Shown here piece after piece: positions 40,121 to 49,479 of a stretch of DNA of 64,000 nucleotides (positions within the stretch are counted from its first letter, which is position 1; the number at the start of each line of letters is the position of its first letter). The notes beneath the pieces were generated by a model, which was given only the letters and a program-made list of their open reading frames with translations, was not told the DNA's origin and made no database searches. Source of the stretch: an uncultured delta proteobacterium (lineage in GTDB: Bacteria; Myxococcota_A; Polyangia; Polyangiales; JAFGIB01); assembly GCA_963778655.1 (NCBI GenBank), contig CAVZVA010000009.1, positions 1,120,001 to 1,184,000 of the forward strand, given 5' to 3'. The translations under genes and the position numbers were made by a program.

Positions 40121-43100
40121 ATGCCCGTGGACTCCGAGCCGGCTCTGCCGGAGTCGTACAAGGCCAGCGATTCGGCGATGGCGACGGCCCGCTTCGAGGT
40201 GCTGCGCACGATCGGCGCCGGTGGAATGGGCAGCGTGTTCGAGGTCCGCGACGGCTCCAGCGGCAAGCGCCTGGCGCTCAAGCGCCTGCACGCGCACGTC
40301 GACGACAAGCGCAGGCGGCACATGCTCGACTTGTTCGAACGCGAGTTCTACACGCTTTCGCAGATCGCCCATCCCAACGTGGTCGAGGTCTACGACTACG
40401 GCGTCGACGACCAGGGCGCCTACTACACGATGGAGCTGCTCGACGGCGGCGAGCTGCACCAGCTCGCGCCGCTGCCGGCCGCCCAGGTCTGCCGCATCGG
40501 CCGTGAGCTGTGCTCCGCGCTCTCGCTCTTGCATTCGCGGCGCCTGCTGTTTCGCGACCTCAGCCCGCGCAACGTGCATTGCACCCCGGACGGAGTCGCG
40601 AAGCTGATCGACTTCGGTGCGGTGACGAGCATGGGGCTGCCGCGCAATGTCGTGGGCACGCCCGCCTGCTGCGCGCCCGAAGCGATCGATTTGCAAACGC
40701 TCGACGCGCGCTCCGATCTGTATTCGCTCGGCGCAACCCTGTACTCCGCCCTGACCGGAAGGCACGCGTTTCCGGCGCGCTCGTTCGCGCAGCTGCGGGC
40801 CTTGCTCAAGACGCAGCCGGCGCGGCCCTCGGAGATCATCGCCGATGTCCCTCCAGCGCTCGAAGCCTTGTTGCTCGAGCTCTTGCATGCCGATCCGCAG
40901 CTGCGTCCAGTCAGTGCGCACGAGGTGATGGAACGGCTGGCCGCGATCGAAGGCCGTCCGATCGAGGAATCGCTGCAGGTCAGCCATGCCTACCTGTCGA
41001 CGCCCACCCTGATCGGACGCGACGACCAGCTGGAGCGCGTGCGCCGCAAGCTGCGGCGCGCCGTGCGCGGGCGCGGCTGCGCGCTGCTGATCGACGGTGC
41101 CTCGGGCCAGGGACGGACGCGCATGCTCGCGGCCTGCTCGCTCGAGGCCAAGGTGCTGGGCGCGCTCGTGGTCCAGGCCGACGCGGCGTCCGCCGACCAG
41201 GACTTTGGCGTGGCGCGCAGCCTGGCTTGCGCGCTGCTCGAGCAAGCCCCCGAGCTCTCACGCGAGACCGCTGCCAGCGACTTGCCGGTCCTCGGGCAGC
41301 TCCTGCCGGAGCTGCTCGACGAGCAACCCGCGCTCGTGCTGCAAACGTTCGCGGACGCGACCGAGCGTCGCGCCGCCCTGCTGGCCGCCCTTCGCGAATG
41401 GCTTCTCGCGATCGCGTGCAGGCGACCGTTGCTGATCGCCGTCGACGACCTCGACCGGGTGGACGAGCCTTCGGCCGCACTAGTCGCGCTGTGCGCACAC
41501 TATGCCGGACGCCACGCGCTCGCCGTGCTCGCGACACGCGAGACGAGCTCGGCGGCGAGCATGTCCTCCGCGATCGGCTTGTTCGCGAGCGCTGGAATCG
41601 TCATTTCCTTGCCGGTCCTCAGCGCGCAGCACACCGAGGAGCTGTTGCGCTCGGTATTCGGCGTGGTGCCGAACCTTACGGTGGTGGCGCGCGAGCTTTA
41701 CGCGATCTCCATGGGCAATCCGCGCGACGCGTTGCAGCTCGCCCAGTACCTGGTCGACAAAGGGCTCGCTCAATACCAGTCCGGCGCGTGGTCGCTGCCG
41801 GCGAGCTTCGAGGGCGCGGAGCTGCCTCCAGACATGGCGAACGCGCTCAGCCGCCAGGTGGAGGTGCTGAGCGGGGCCGCGCTAGGGCTCGCACGCCTGA
41901 TCTCGCTGGCACAGGATCGATCGCTCGGCATCGGCGAGTGCGTGGCGGCGTTTTCCGAGCTGCCACCCCCAGCGGTGCACGAAGCCCTGACCGAGCTGAC
42001 TCGCGCCCGGATCACCGACGGCTCGATCGACCGCTTCGCGGTCGCGCAGCGCGGCCTGCACGCAGCGTTGCGGCGCGGCCTTTTGCCCGTCGACCAGCGG
42101 CGCTTGCATCGCAAGCTCGCCGAGCTATTTGCGCGGCGCGGCGACGAAGAGTTCCGCCGCGGAACCCATCTATTGCGTGCCGGCGAGTCGGCCGCCGCGG
42201 TCGACGTGCTCGCGAGCTGGGCGATCGAGTCTCAGCGCGTCACCGATCCCAACCCGATCGAGTTTTTGAAGCTCGTCGCCTCCATGCCTCATGATTGGCT
42301 CCAGACGTTCATCGCCGCAGTCGAGCAGTGCGAGCAGCTGGAGCGCCCCGTCGAGCAGTTGCTCGGGCTGCGCGGCCGGCTCGCGGCCTTGTGCGACGTG
42401 CTGCGCGTGCCGAGCGCGATCACCCGCGCCCAGCTGTCCGCGCTGCTGCGCCAGCTCAGTCGGGACAGCGGTGTGGCCGACTATCACGGTCTCGACCCGG
42501 CGCTGCCTGCCGAAGAGCGGATGACGCGGGCGTTCCAGCTGGCGGCCGCGCGCCACCAGGCTGACCCCACGGGGGCCAAGACGTTCGAGCCTCTGCTGGC
42601 GCTCAAGCTGCTGGTCCGCAGCCAGTTTCTGTCGGCAGGCGTCGCGGTGATCTCCTTCGACCTCCCGTTCTGGTCGGAGCTGCCGTCGCTCACGGCCTAT
42701 GCCCGGCTTTCGCCCGCAATCGGCGTGGTCGACCAGTTCGTCGCGGCCATCGGCACCCGGCTCACCGGACGCATCGAGCAGGCGTTGCAGCTGTACGGCG
42801 CGCTGATCGAGCGTCTCGACCAGCCGGACCACGGCGGGATGGAGGACTCGTACCATCGCTTCGTTCGCTATGGCCTGGCGTACGGCGTGGGGATCCTCGA
42901 GGTCGGGATGGGACGAGCCTCGTGTCTGGCATGGGCGGACGAGGTCGAGCCCGAACCGTTGTACCGCGTCAATGCGTTCCGGATCCGCATGCTGCATCGA
43001 TTATGGCAAGGCCGTACGCGCGAGGCGGACGTCTTGCGCGATCGAATCGAGCTGCTGCGGATCGAGAGTTGCCCGCGCACATTCCAGGACGGCATGCATC

Positions 43101-44248
43101 TGTTTTCGCAGACCATCGTGCACGCCCTGAGCGATGACCTCACGCGTCTCAAGCACATCATCGACGAGGTCGAGGCGATGACGGAGTGGCGCCCGGCATG
43201 GCGTCCGGTTCTGGACTACGCCCTTGGCGAGTACCAGCGCATCCGCGGCGACCGAGAGAGCGCGGCACGGCACTTCGCCGCGGCGCTGGGCGCGACGACG
43301 GCCAGCACTCATCAAGTCTGGGCCTACGCCGCAGGCTCGTATGCGGGCGTTCTGCGCTCGCAGGGACGCGCCGCCGATGCGGTGGCGTTCGCAACCGAGA
43401 GCCTGCGCTCTGCCGAGCAGGCCCAGCTCGGTTACGCCATCCACTTCATCCGCCTGCCGCTCGCGCTGGCTCTTGCGGATACTGGCGCGTTCGATCGCGC
43501 TGCAGCGCTGGCAGACGAAGTCATCGCACAGGTGATCGCCTCCGGCAGCGAAGGGGTGGCGCGCGGCTTGGCCTTCGACGTGCGCGCGCGGATCGCGATT
43601 CGCGCTCAAGATACGCCAGCATACGAAGCGGTCTTGCGCCGCTACACCGAACACGCGCGCGAGCTCGACAGCCCGATGCTTCGCGCCAATTGCGCGCGGC
43701 TCGCACGCGTGGCCCGGCGTGCGATGCGCAGCTCGCGAGAGGTCGTCGAGGACCTCAACACGAGCAGCGCCGAGCTGAGCTCGTTCCTGGAGGGGTGCAG
43801 CGACGGATCCGACTACGCGGTGCGGGTGTTGCAGTTGCTCTTGCGCGCAAGTGGCGCGCGCTCCGGCTTTCTGTATTGGGTCTCCAATGGCGGCCCCACG
43901 CTCGCCGCGCAGGTCGGGGAACAGGCCGCGCCGGAAAGTCTCACGGGCTCGATCAGCGAATTCATCGACGCCGAGCTGCAGGCGAGCGAGCTGGAGACGA
44001 AGACCGAAGCCGCTGGCGGTGGCGCTTGCGGCAAGGGCACCACCGCGGATGCGCAATCCGCGATGGAGGAGAACCATCGGCTGGTCCTGCTGTGCCACCG
44101 CAGCCAGCACGGGCTCGTGGTGACGGGTGTGGCCGCGCTCTGCCCCGGAACCACTGCGCCGTTCGTCTATCCCGTCGAGATCGCGACGCGCTTGAGTGAG
44201 CTGTCGTTTGGAGCGGGCATGGCGCTTCCGATTACGATCAGCACCTAG
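40121..44248 (+). CDS. Ser/Thr kinase - AAA/STAND-like ATPase - helical repeat - GAF-like fusion
   Basis: IGAGGMGSV, LALK, FRDLSPRN, DFG, APE; LIGRDDQL, GASGQGRT, LIAVDDL, GNP. Confidence 0.85.
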   Translation: MPVDSEPALPESYKASDSAMATARFEVLRTIGAGGMGSVFEVRDGSSGKRLALKRLHAHVDDKRRRHMLDLFEREFYTLSQIAHPNVVEVYDYGVDDQGAYYTMELLDGGELHQLAPLPAAQVCRIGRELCSALSLLHSRRLLFRDLSPRNVHCTPDGVAKLIDFGAVTSMGLPRNVVGTPACCAPEAIDLQTLDARSDLYSLGATLYSALTGRHAFPARSFAQLRALLKTQPARPSEIIADVPPALEALLLELLHADPQLRPVSAHEVMERLAAIEGRPIEESLQVSHAYLSTPTLIGRDDQLERVRRKLRRAVRGRGCALLIDGASGQGRTRMLAACSLEAKVLGALVVQADAASADQDFGVARSLACALLEQAPELSRETAASDLPVLGQLLPELLDEQPALVLQTFADATERRAALLAALREWLLAIACRRPLLIAVDDLDRVDEPSAALVALCAHYAGRHALAVLATRETSSAASMSSAIGLFASAGIVISLPVLSAQHTEELLRSVFGVVPNLTVVARELYAISMGNPRDALQLAQYLVDKGLAQYQSGAWSLPASFEGAELPPDMANALSRQVEVLSGAALGLARLISLAQDRSLGIGECVAAFSELPPPAVHEALTELTRARITDGSIDRFAVAQRGLHAALRRGLLPVDQRRLHRKLAELFARRGDEEFRRGTHLLRAGESAAAVDVLASWAIESQRVTDPNPIEFLKLVASMPHDWLQTFIAAVEQCEQLERPVEQLLGLRGRLAALCDVLRVPSAITRAQLSALLRQLSRDSGVADYHGLDPALPAEERMTRAFQLAAARHQADPTGAKTFEPLLALKLLVRSQFLSAGVAVISFDLPFWSELPSLTAYARLSPAIGVVDQFVAAIGTRLTGRIEQALQLYGALIERLDQPDHGGMEDSYHRFVRYGLAYGVGILEVGMGRASCLAWADEVEPEPLYRVNAFRIRMLHRLWQGRTREADVLRDRIELLRIESCPRTFQDGMHLFSQTIVHALSDDLTRLKHIIDEVEAMTEWRPAWRPVLDYALGEYQRIRGDRESAARHFAAALGATTASTHQVWAYAAGSYAGVLRSQGRAADAVAFATESLRSAEQAQLGYAIHFIRLPLALALADTGAFDRAAALADEVIAQVIASGSEGVARGLAFDVRARIAIRAQDTPAYEAVLRRYTEHARELDSPMLRANCARLARVARRAMRSSREVVEDLNTSSAELSSFLEGCSDGSDYAVRVLQLLLRASGARSGFLYWVSNGGPTLAAQVGEQAAPESLTGSISEFIDAELQASELETKTEAAGGGACGKGTTADAQSAMEENHRLVLLCHRSQHGLVVTGVAALCPGTTAPFVYPVEIATRLSELSFGAGMALPITIST

Positions 44249-44417
44249 CTCGACAGGCGAGACCTTCGATAGGAGGTCATCAATCACGGACGGATCTAGC
44301 GAAGACAGCCTACGAGGCTACCGCAATCGCGTCGATGGGCGACGATCGCGGTCCGGCGGGTGCAGCTTCCCGCGGGCTCTGAGTGCTTCCGGGACCTTGC
44401 TGCACCCCATCCTCGCT

Positions 44418-44441
44418 TTCGAATCTCGTTGGGGTCGCCAG
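44418..44441 (+). repeat. att site: duplicate of tRNA-Glu 3' end
   Basis: Identical to 34908-34931. Confidence 0.9.
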
Positions 44442-44657
44442 GGTAGGGGAAGAGGCGCTCTCGGTCGTCGCAAGCACTGAGGGCGCTTCTCGCCTGGCAC
44501 GCGTTCGCGGCTGTGGTGGCGGTGGCCACCCGGTTGGTGGCGCTGGCCGCGCCGCGCGCGGCGCCGGAGCCGTTTGGGGCCCCTGGTGCGCGTGCGCGCC
44601 CTGGCATGCCGGTTGCAGCCCATCGCTCGCATGCATGACACGAGCACGGGGTGCGAC

Positions 44658-46205
44658 ATGAAGCGACAAGCGATTCCACGGTGTGCGGGCGTCCTTCAGC
44701 GCCGCCCGAGCTGGCTGCTGTTGAGCGCGCTGGGATGCGCGGCGGTGCTTGCGCGCCCACTGCCCGCGGCCGCCGCCGAGCCCGACCTGCAGGCGCTGCG
44801 GCTCTCACTCGCGCACTACGACCTCACGCAGGGCGGCTCAGGCACGCTGCAGACCCTGCGTGCGCTCGGCGAAGCCAGCGAGCACAGCAGCGGGCGCAGC
44901 CGCGACGAGGCGCGCTTCCTGCGCGTGGCCGTGGCCAGCGATCTGGTGATCCTGTCGCAGCTCGACGGCGACAATGACCTTGCAGCCGGCGTGGCCGCCG
45001 CGCTCGGCGTGGCGCCCGCGGCGCTGCAGGGCCAGCTCTCGAGCGAGCTCAACGAGCTCGCGCGCGGCCAGTTCCGCGCGCCCGCGCTGGAGGCGCTGGA
45101 GACGCTCGCGCGCCTGCGCGCACCCGCGCTGGCGCCGTGGCAGGAGCCGCAGTCGGTGGGCTCGGCCAAGCGCGACCTGCTCTACTTGCGCGCCGCGGTC
45201 GCCCGGCTCGACCAAGACGATGCGGTGAGCGGCCTGGCCTCGCTGTCGGTCGATCCCTGTGCTGCCAAGCCCGCGTGCGCCGCGCCCTTCGCCGCGTTCG
45301 ATGCACGCGGGCGGCGCGCGGTGGCGGCGCTGGCCGAGGCCGGGCGCGCCCTGGCTCGGCTGCGTGCGGCCGCCACCACGGGCGATCCGCTGGTGAGCGC
45401 GCTGGGCTCGCGTCTGGACGCCTTGGAGGTCGAGCTCCGGCTCGCCGCGCTACACCCGATGCCGCGGCTCGACGCCGCCGCGTCCGCGGACGCGAGCGGT
45501 ACGAGCGCAGCCGGCACGCCCGACGTGGTGCTGTTTGTGGGTGCCACAGGGATTCGCTGGGGCTTCACCCCGCACGCGCGGCTCGGCGCCGATGGTGCGA
45601 TCGCGCTGAGCGCGTTGGCGCAGCCCATGCTGCCCGCGACCGCCCCGCTGCCGCTGCCGCACAAGCTGCCGCCGTTCTGGCTGGTGCCGCTGCCCGGCGT
45701 GGTGCAGCCGCTGGGCGCCGCGCTCGCGCGCGAGCCCTCGCTGCGCGTGGGTCTGGCGGCCGAGGCGGCCGGCGATGGTGATCTGCTGGCGCGCGCGCTG
45801 GTGTCGGTGCGGCGCGTGGGCTGCCAGCAGATCACGCTGCTGGCAGCCGGCGAGCAAGGCCTCACCTCGGGCATGCCGCTGTCGCTGCTGTCGAAGCTGG
45901 AGGCGGACCAGACGCCGCCCGCGGCGCTGCGCGTGAGCCTGCGCCCGGGCCGCTCGGAGGCGCGCCTGTCCGGACGCGAGGTGGCGCTGCAGGATCTCGC
46001 GCTCGAGCCACAGGCGCAGCGCGTCGCCAGCGCGGACGTCAGCTTCGTGCCGCAGATGGAGCCGGCGGGGCTGGCCGCGGCGCTGTTCCAGGTGGCGCCC
46101 GCTGCCGGCTCGACCCGGCTGCTGCTGCCCGCGAGCGCGCTCGACCAGTGCACCGCGTTCAAGCGCGAGCTACTCGCCCTGCGCGGCGCCCCCAGCGGCC
46201 GCTGA
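44658..46205 (+). CDS. Hypothetical exported Ala/Leu-rich protein, possible ExbD/TolR-like C-terminal domain
   Basis: Signal peptide, high GC3; LRVGLAAE...LLARALVSVRRVGCQQITL. Confidence 0.6.
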   Translation: MKRQAIPRCAGVLQRRPSWLLLSALGCAAVLARPLPAAAAEPDLQALRLSLAHYDLTQGGSGTLQTLRALGEASEHSSGRSRDEARFLRVAVASDLVILSQLDGDNDLAAGVAAALGVAPAALQGQLSSELNELARGQFRAPALEALETLARLRAPALAPWQEPQSVGSAKRDLLYLRAAVARLDQDDAVSGLASLSVDPCAAKPACAAPFAAFDARGRRAVAALAEAGRALARLRAAATTGDPLVSALGSRLDALEVELRLAALHPMPRLDAAASADASGTSAAGTPDVVLFVGATGIRWGFTPHARLGADGAIALSALAQPMLPATAPLPLPHKLPPFWLVPLPGVVQPLGAALAREPSLRVGLAAEAAGDGDLLARALVSVRRVGCQQITLLAAGEQGLTSGMPLSLLSKLEADQTPPAALRVSLRPGRSEARLSGREVALQDLALEPQAQRVASADVSFVPQMEPAGLAAALFQVAPAAGSTRLLLPASALDQCTAFKRELLALRGAPSGR

Positions 46206-46215
46206 GCGCGGTCGT

Positions 46216-46758
46216 TCAGCGCCGTGGCCGGTGGTGGAACTCCGAGAGGTGGGTGATGTACCAGTGGCCTTGCCACGCAATCATCACGCGCACCTCGAGG
46301 CTGTGCTCGCTGCCGCCCACGCGATAGACCAGCGTGTTGTGGCGCTGCGCCCAGTAGGGCAGGCGGTTGGCCTCTTCGCCCGGCAGCACCCAGCTCCTGC
46401 GCCGTGACAGCTGCAGCCGCACGAAGCTCGCGTGCTGCAGCTCCGGCGTGGCCGCGTGCAGCGCGCGGATGTCGCGCTGGTAGGCGCGCAGCAACCCGTC
46501 GTAGATGGCATCCGGATCGGCCGCGGCCTTGATCTTGCGGAACGCTCCGCGCGGCAGAAAGAAGTCGAGCGCGCTCGCCGGCTCACCGCTCACCAGCGCA
46601 GCGAACAACGCCCGCGCGCGCTCGGCCGCATCGCCTAGCGGCGGACGCGGCGGCGGCGCCGGCTCGCCTGCAGGCGCTTTCTGCGCACCGGCCGCGCGAG
46701 GTTCTGCCGGACCGCACAGCGCCATCACCACCCCGAGCCCGAGCAGGCTGCGTCTCAC
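46216..46758 (-). CDS. Hypothetical exported protein
   Basis: GTG start, signal-like N-terminus, globular aromatic-rich C-terminus. Confidence 0.65.
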   Translation of the reverse strand: MRRSLLGLGVVMALCGPAEPRAAGAQKAPAGEPAPPPRPPLGDAAERARALFAALVSGEPASALDFFLPRGAFRKIKAAADPDAIYDGLLRAYQRDIRALHAATPELQHASFVRLQLSRRRSWVLPGEEANRLPYWAQRHNTLVYRVGGSEHSLEVRVMIAWQGHWYITHLSEFHHRPRR

Positions 46759-46821
46759 CCAGAGGTGGTAGCACGACCGCGACCACGCTTGGGCCGGCGA
46801 TTGAAGGTCTGCGGGCGGCGT

Positions 46822-46857
46822 GTGAGCGAAGCGAGCCGAGCCCCCCTCCCGGTAACC
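46822..46857. repeat. Family B element copy 2 (internally deleted)
   Basis: GTGAGCGAAGCGAGCCGAGC...CCCTCCCGGTAAC. Confidence 0.55.
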
Positions 46858-47352
46858 TCAGCTCGCCCTGTCCCAGGCCGCCTTGACGCGTTTGAAGGTC
46901 TCGATCGCACGCTCGTTGAGCTCGAGCGCCTTCTCGCTCACCAGCCGTTCGTGCAGCTTCTTCGGATCCTTCTCCCAGCCGCGCGGCAGCTCGAACTGCA
47001 CCGTGAACGGCACGCCCGAGAGCATGCCCTGCTCCTCCAGCGCCCACAGCGCCTCGGCCGCCAGGAACTGCCCCGCGATTGCGCGGTAGCGCGGATCGAG
47101 CTGGTTGGAGAGCGGGAACAGATCGTAGACCGTCACGCGTCCGTCATGGATCTGCAGGTGCTTCCGCAGCGCCGCGAACGCCGCGGGCGCAATCGGCAGC
47201 TCGACCAGGTCCAGGCCCTCGGTCTGCTCGCCCTCCGAGGCGCGCAGCGCGCGCTCCATCGCGTCGCCGTGGCCCAGCGTGATCGCGGCCGGTCGTGCCG
47301 AAGCGTCGCAGATAGCGGTCAAGATCAAGAAGGGGTGCTCGGAAGGGGTCAT
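46858..47352 (-). CDS. Hypothetical cytoplasmic protein
   Basis: 164-aa ORF from ATG 47352, high GC3, protein-like composition. Confidence 0.7.
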   Translation of the reverse strand: MTPSEHPFLILTAICDASARPAAITLGHGDAMERALRASEGEQTEGLDLVELPIAPAAFAALRKHLQIHDGRVTVYDLFPLSNQLDPRYRAIAGQFLAAEALWALEEQGMLSGVPFTVQFELPRGWEKDPKKLHERLVSEKALELNERAIETFKRVKAAWDRAS

Positions 47353-47479
47353 GGTGCTCGTGCGTGGGGGTGCGGAGAATCGGCCGCCAAAATTGGCGAA
47401 TTCCCGGCGCGAGCGCAAGCCCACGGCGGGGGCGCGTGGAACCGGGCCAGCCGGCGTTGCACAGCCGGGGTTTTGCCCC

Positions 47480-48097
47480 ATGATCTCGCCGCCGATGTTG
47501 CTGGCGATCAACAGCAGGAATCCGGAACCGCGCAAGATCGAGCGCGCGCTCGAGCTAATGCGCCGGGGGGGCGTGATCGCCTATCCGACCGACACCGTCT
47601 ATGGCCTGGGCTGCGACATCACCGACAAGCGCGCGGTCGAACGCATCTACCGCATGAAGGGCATGCGCGACGATCAGCTGCTGTCGTTCGTCTGCCCCGA
47701 TCTGAGCGAGGTGGCGCGCTACGGCGTCGTGCAGGACTCGGCCTACCGCATCATGCGGCGGCTGCTGCCCGGACCCTATACCTTCATCCTGCAGGCCACC
47801 CGCGAGGTGCCGAAGGTGTTGCGGCTCAAGCGCAAGACCGTGGGCATTCGCATGCCCGATCACCCGGTGGCGCTGGCGCTGGCGCGTGGGCTGGGCAGCC
47901 CGGTGGCGTCGACCAGCGCTTCGATCGACGGCGAGATCTTGATCGACCCGCGCGAGATCGAGGAGCGCTTTCGCGGGCTCGACCTGGTGCTCGACGCCGA
48001 AGGCGTGGGGCTGACCCCGTCGACCATCATCGACCTGTCGGGCGACGCCCCGGTGGTCGTGCGCGAGGGGGCGGGCAAGGTGGACTTCTTGCATTGA
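47480..48097 (+). CDS. Sua5/YciO/YrdC family (threonylcarbamoyl-AMP synthase-like)
   Basis: IAYPTDTVYGLGC, LPGPYTFIL, TVGIRMP, STSAS, PSTIID. Confidence 0.9.
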   Translation: MISPPMLLAINSRNPEPRKIERALELMRRGGVIAYPTDTVYGLGCDITDKRAVERIYRMKGMRDDQLLSFVCPDLSEVARYGVVQDSAYRIMRRLLPGPYTFILQATREVPKVLRLKRKTVGIRMPDHPVALALARGLGSPVASTSASIDGEILIDPREIEERFRGLDLVLDAEGVGLTPSTIIDLSGDAPVVVREGAGKVDFLH

Positions 48098-48115
48098 GGC
48101 GAGCAGGTCGATGCA

Positions 48116-48193
48116 ACAGCAAGACGGAAGGCTGGGAGCCAAAGACTCCGGGATCTGAGCCGTGCTTCCCGTCTGCCCGTCGTGCTGGGATCC
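48116..48193. repeat. Family A copy 3 (inverted, degenerate) between convergent genes
   Basis: Reverse complement of 48165-48193 matches 21425-21453 at 22/29; 48116-48138 resembles the reverse complement of 23950-23972. Confidence 0.6.
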
Positions 48194-48232
48194 TCTGGAT
48201 CGGAATGACGGGGATCCGGAGCCGGTTCAGAT

Positions 48233-49435
48233 TCAGAGCAGGGGGACCACGCGGTCGAGGATGCGGTGGGCCAGGGCGAGCTTGGTCATCTGGGGGAGGG
48301 GCTCGTCGCCTTGGGGGCTGATCAGGATGGCCTGGGTGTCGTCACGGCCGAAGGCGACCGCGGCCTCGTTGGCCACGATCAGGTCGCACTTCTTCTGCTC
48401 GAGCTTGCGCCGTCCATAGGCCGCGAGGTCCTGCGTCTCCATGGCGAAGCCGACCAGCACCGGGCGCGAGCCCGTGCGCCGCGCGCCCAGCTCGGCGAGG
48501 ATGTCGGGGTTCTTCACCAGCTCGAGCTGCGTGTGCTCGCCCTTCTTCTTGATCTTCGCGCTTTCGACACGGGCGGGCCGATAGTCCGCCACGGCGGCCG
48601 TCATCACCACCACGTCGGCGTCGCCGAGCGCGCCCTCGATCGCGGCCTGCATCTGCAGCGCCGAGCGCACGTCGATGATCTCGATCTGCGCCGGGCGTGG
48701 GGCCGAGGTCGGCCCGCACACCAGGATCACGCGTGCGCCGCGTGCTTGCGCTGCGGCCGCGAGCGCGAACCCCATACGCCCGCTCGAGCGGTTGCTGATG
48801 AAGCGCACCGGGTCGAGATCCTCGGCCGTGGGACCGGCGCTGACCAGCACGGTCTTGCCCTGCAGGTCGCGCGCGTGAGCCGGCTCGGCGCCGGCGTCTA
48901 GCGCGGCCTGCAGCGCGTCGGCGATCGCTTCGGGCTCGGCCATGCGCCCCATGCCCTGCTCGCCGCTGGCAAGCGCGCCCTGCACCGGCCCGACCATGGC
49001 CGCGCCGTCCTGCAGCAGCCGCTGCACGTTGCGTTGCGTCGCGGCCGCGCGCCACATCCGCTCGTGCATCGCGGGCGCGTACAGCACCGGGCAAGCGCTG
49101 CAGCACAGCGTGGCCAGCACTGCGTCGTCCGCCATCCCGGCTGCCGCCCGCGCCAGCAGGTTGGCGGTCGCGGGCGCCACCAGCAGCGCCTCGGCCCACT
49201 GCCCGAGCTCGACGTGGGCCTCGCCCGGGTGGCTCGGGTCCCACAGGTCGACCAGCGCGGGCCGGCCGCTCAGCCCGCTGAAGGTGACGGCGCCCACGAA
49301 GCGGGTGGCGCTGCGGGTCATCGCCACGCGCACCTCGGCGCCGCGCCGCTGCAGCTCGCGCAGCAGCGCCACCGCCTTGAAGGCCGCGATGCCGCCGCCC
49401 ACGCCGAGCACCACGCGCTTGCCGGAAAGCCCCAT
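48233..49435 (-). CDS. coaBC: Phosphopantothenoylcysteine decarboxylase/ligase
   Basis: GGIAAFK, APATAN, PAMH..M, DPVRFISNRSSGRMG, AAVADY, VGFAMET. Confidence 0.95.
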   Translation of the reverse strand: MGLSGKRVVLGVGGGIAAFKAVALLRELQRRGAEVRVAMTRSATRFVGAVTFSGLSGRPALVDLWDPSHPGEAHVELGQWAEALLVAPATANLLARAAAGMADDAVLATLCCSACPVLYAPAMHERMWRAAATQRNVQRLLQDGAAMVGPVQGALASGEQGMGRMAEPEAIADALQAALDAGAEPAHARDLQGKTVLVSAGPTAEDLDPVRFISNRSSGRMGFALAAAAQARGARVILVCGPTSAPRPAQIEIIDVRSALQMQAAIEGALGDADVVVMTAAVADYRPARVESAKIKKKGEHTQLELVKNPDILAELGARRTGSRPVLVGFAMETQDLAAYGRRKLEQKKCDLIVANEAAVAFGRDDTQAILISPQGDEPLPQMTKLALAHRILDRVVPLL

Positions 49436-49479
49436 CAGCGCTTCATCCTACTCCGTGCCGCCGCGGCGTCGACCCACGG

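Larger units (their letters stand above)
34908..44441. mobile_element. Decayed integrative island at tRNA-Glu (~9.5 kb)
   Basis: 24-bp direct repeat TTCGAATCTCGTTGGGGTCGCCAG at 34908-34931 and 44418-44441; integrase remnant beside the tRNA. Confidence 0.85.
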
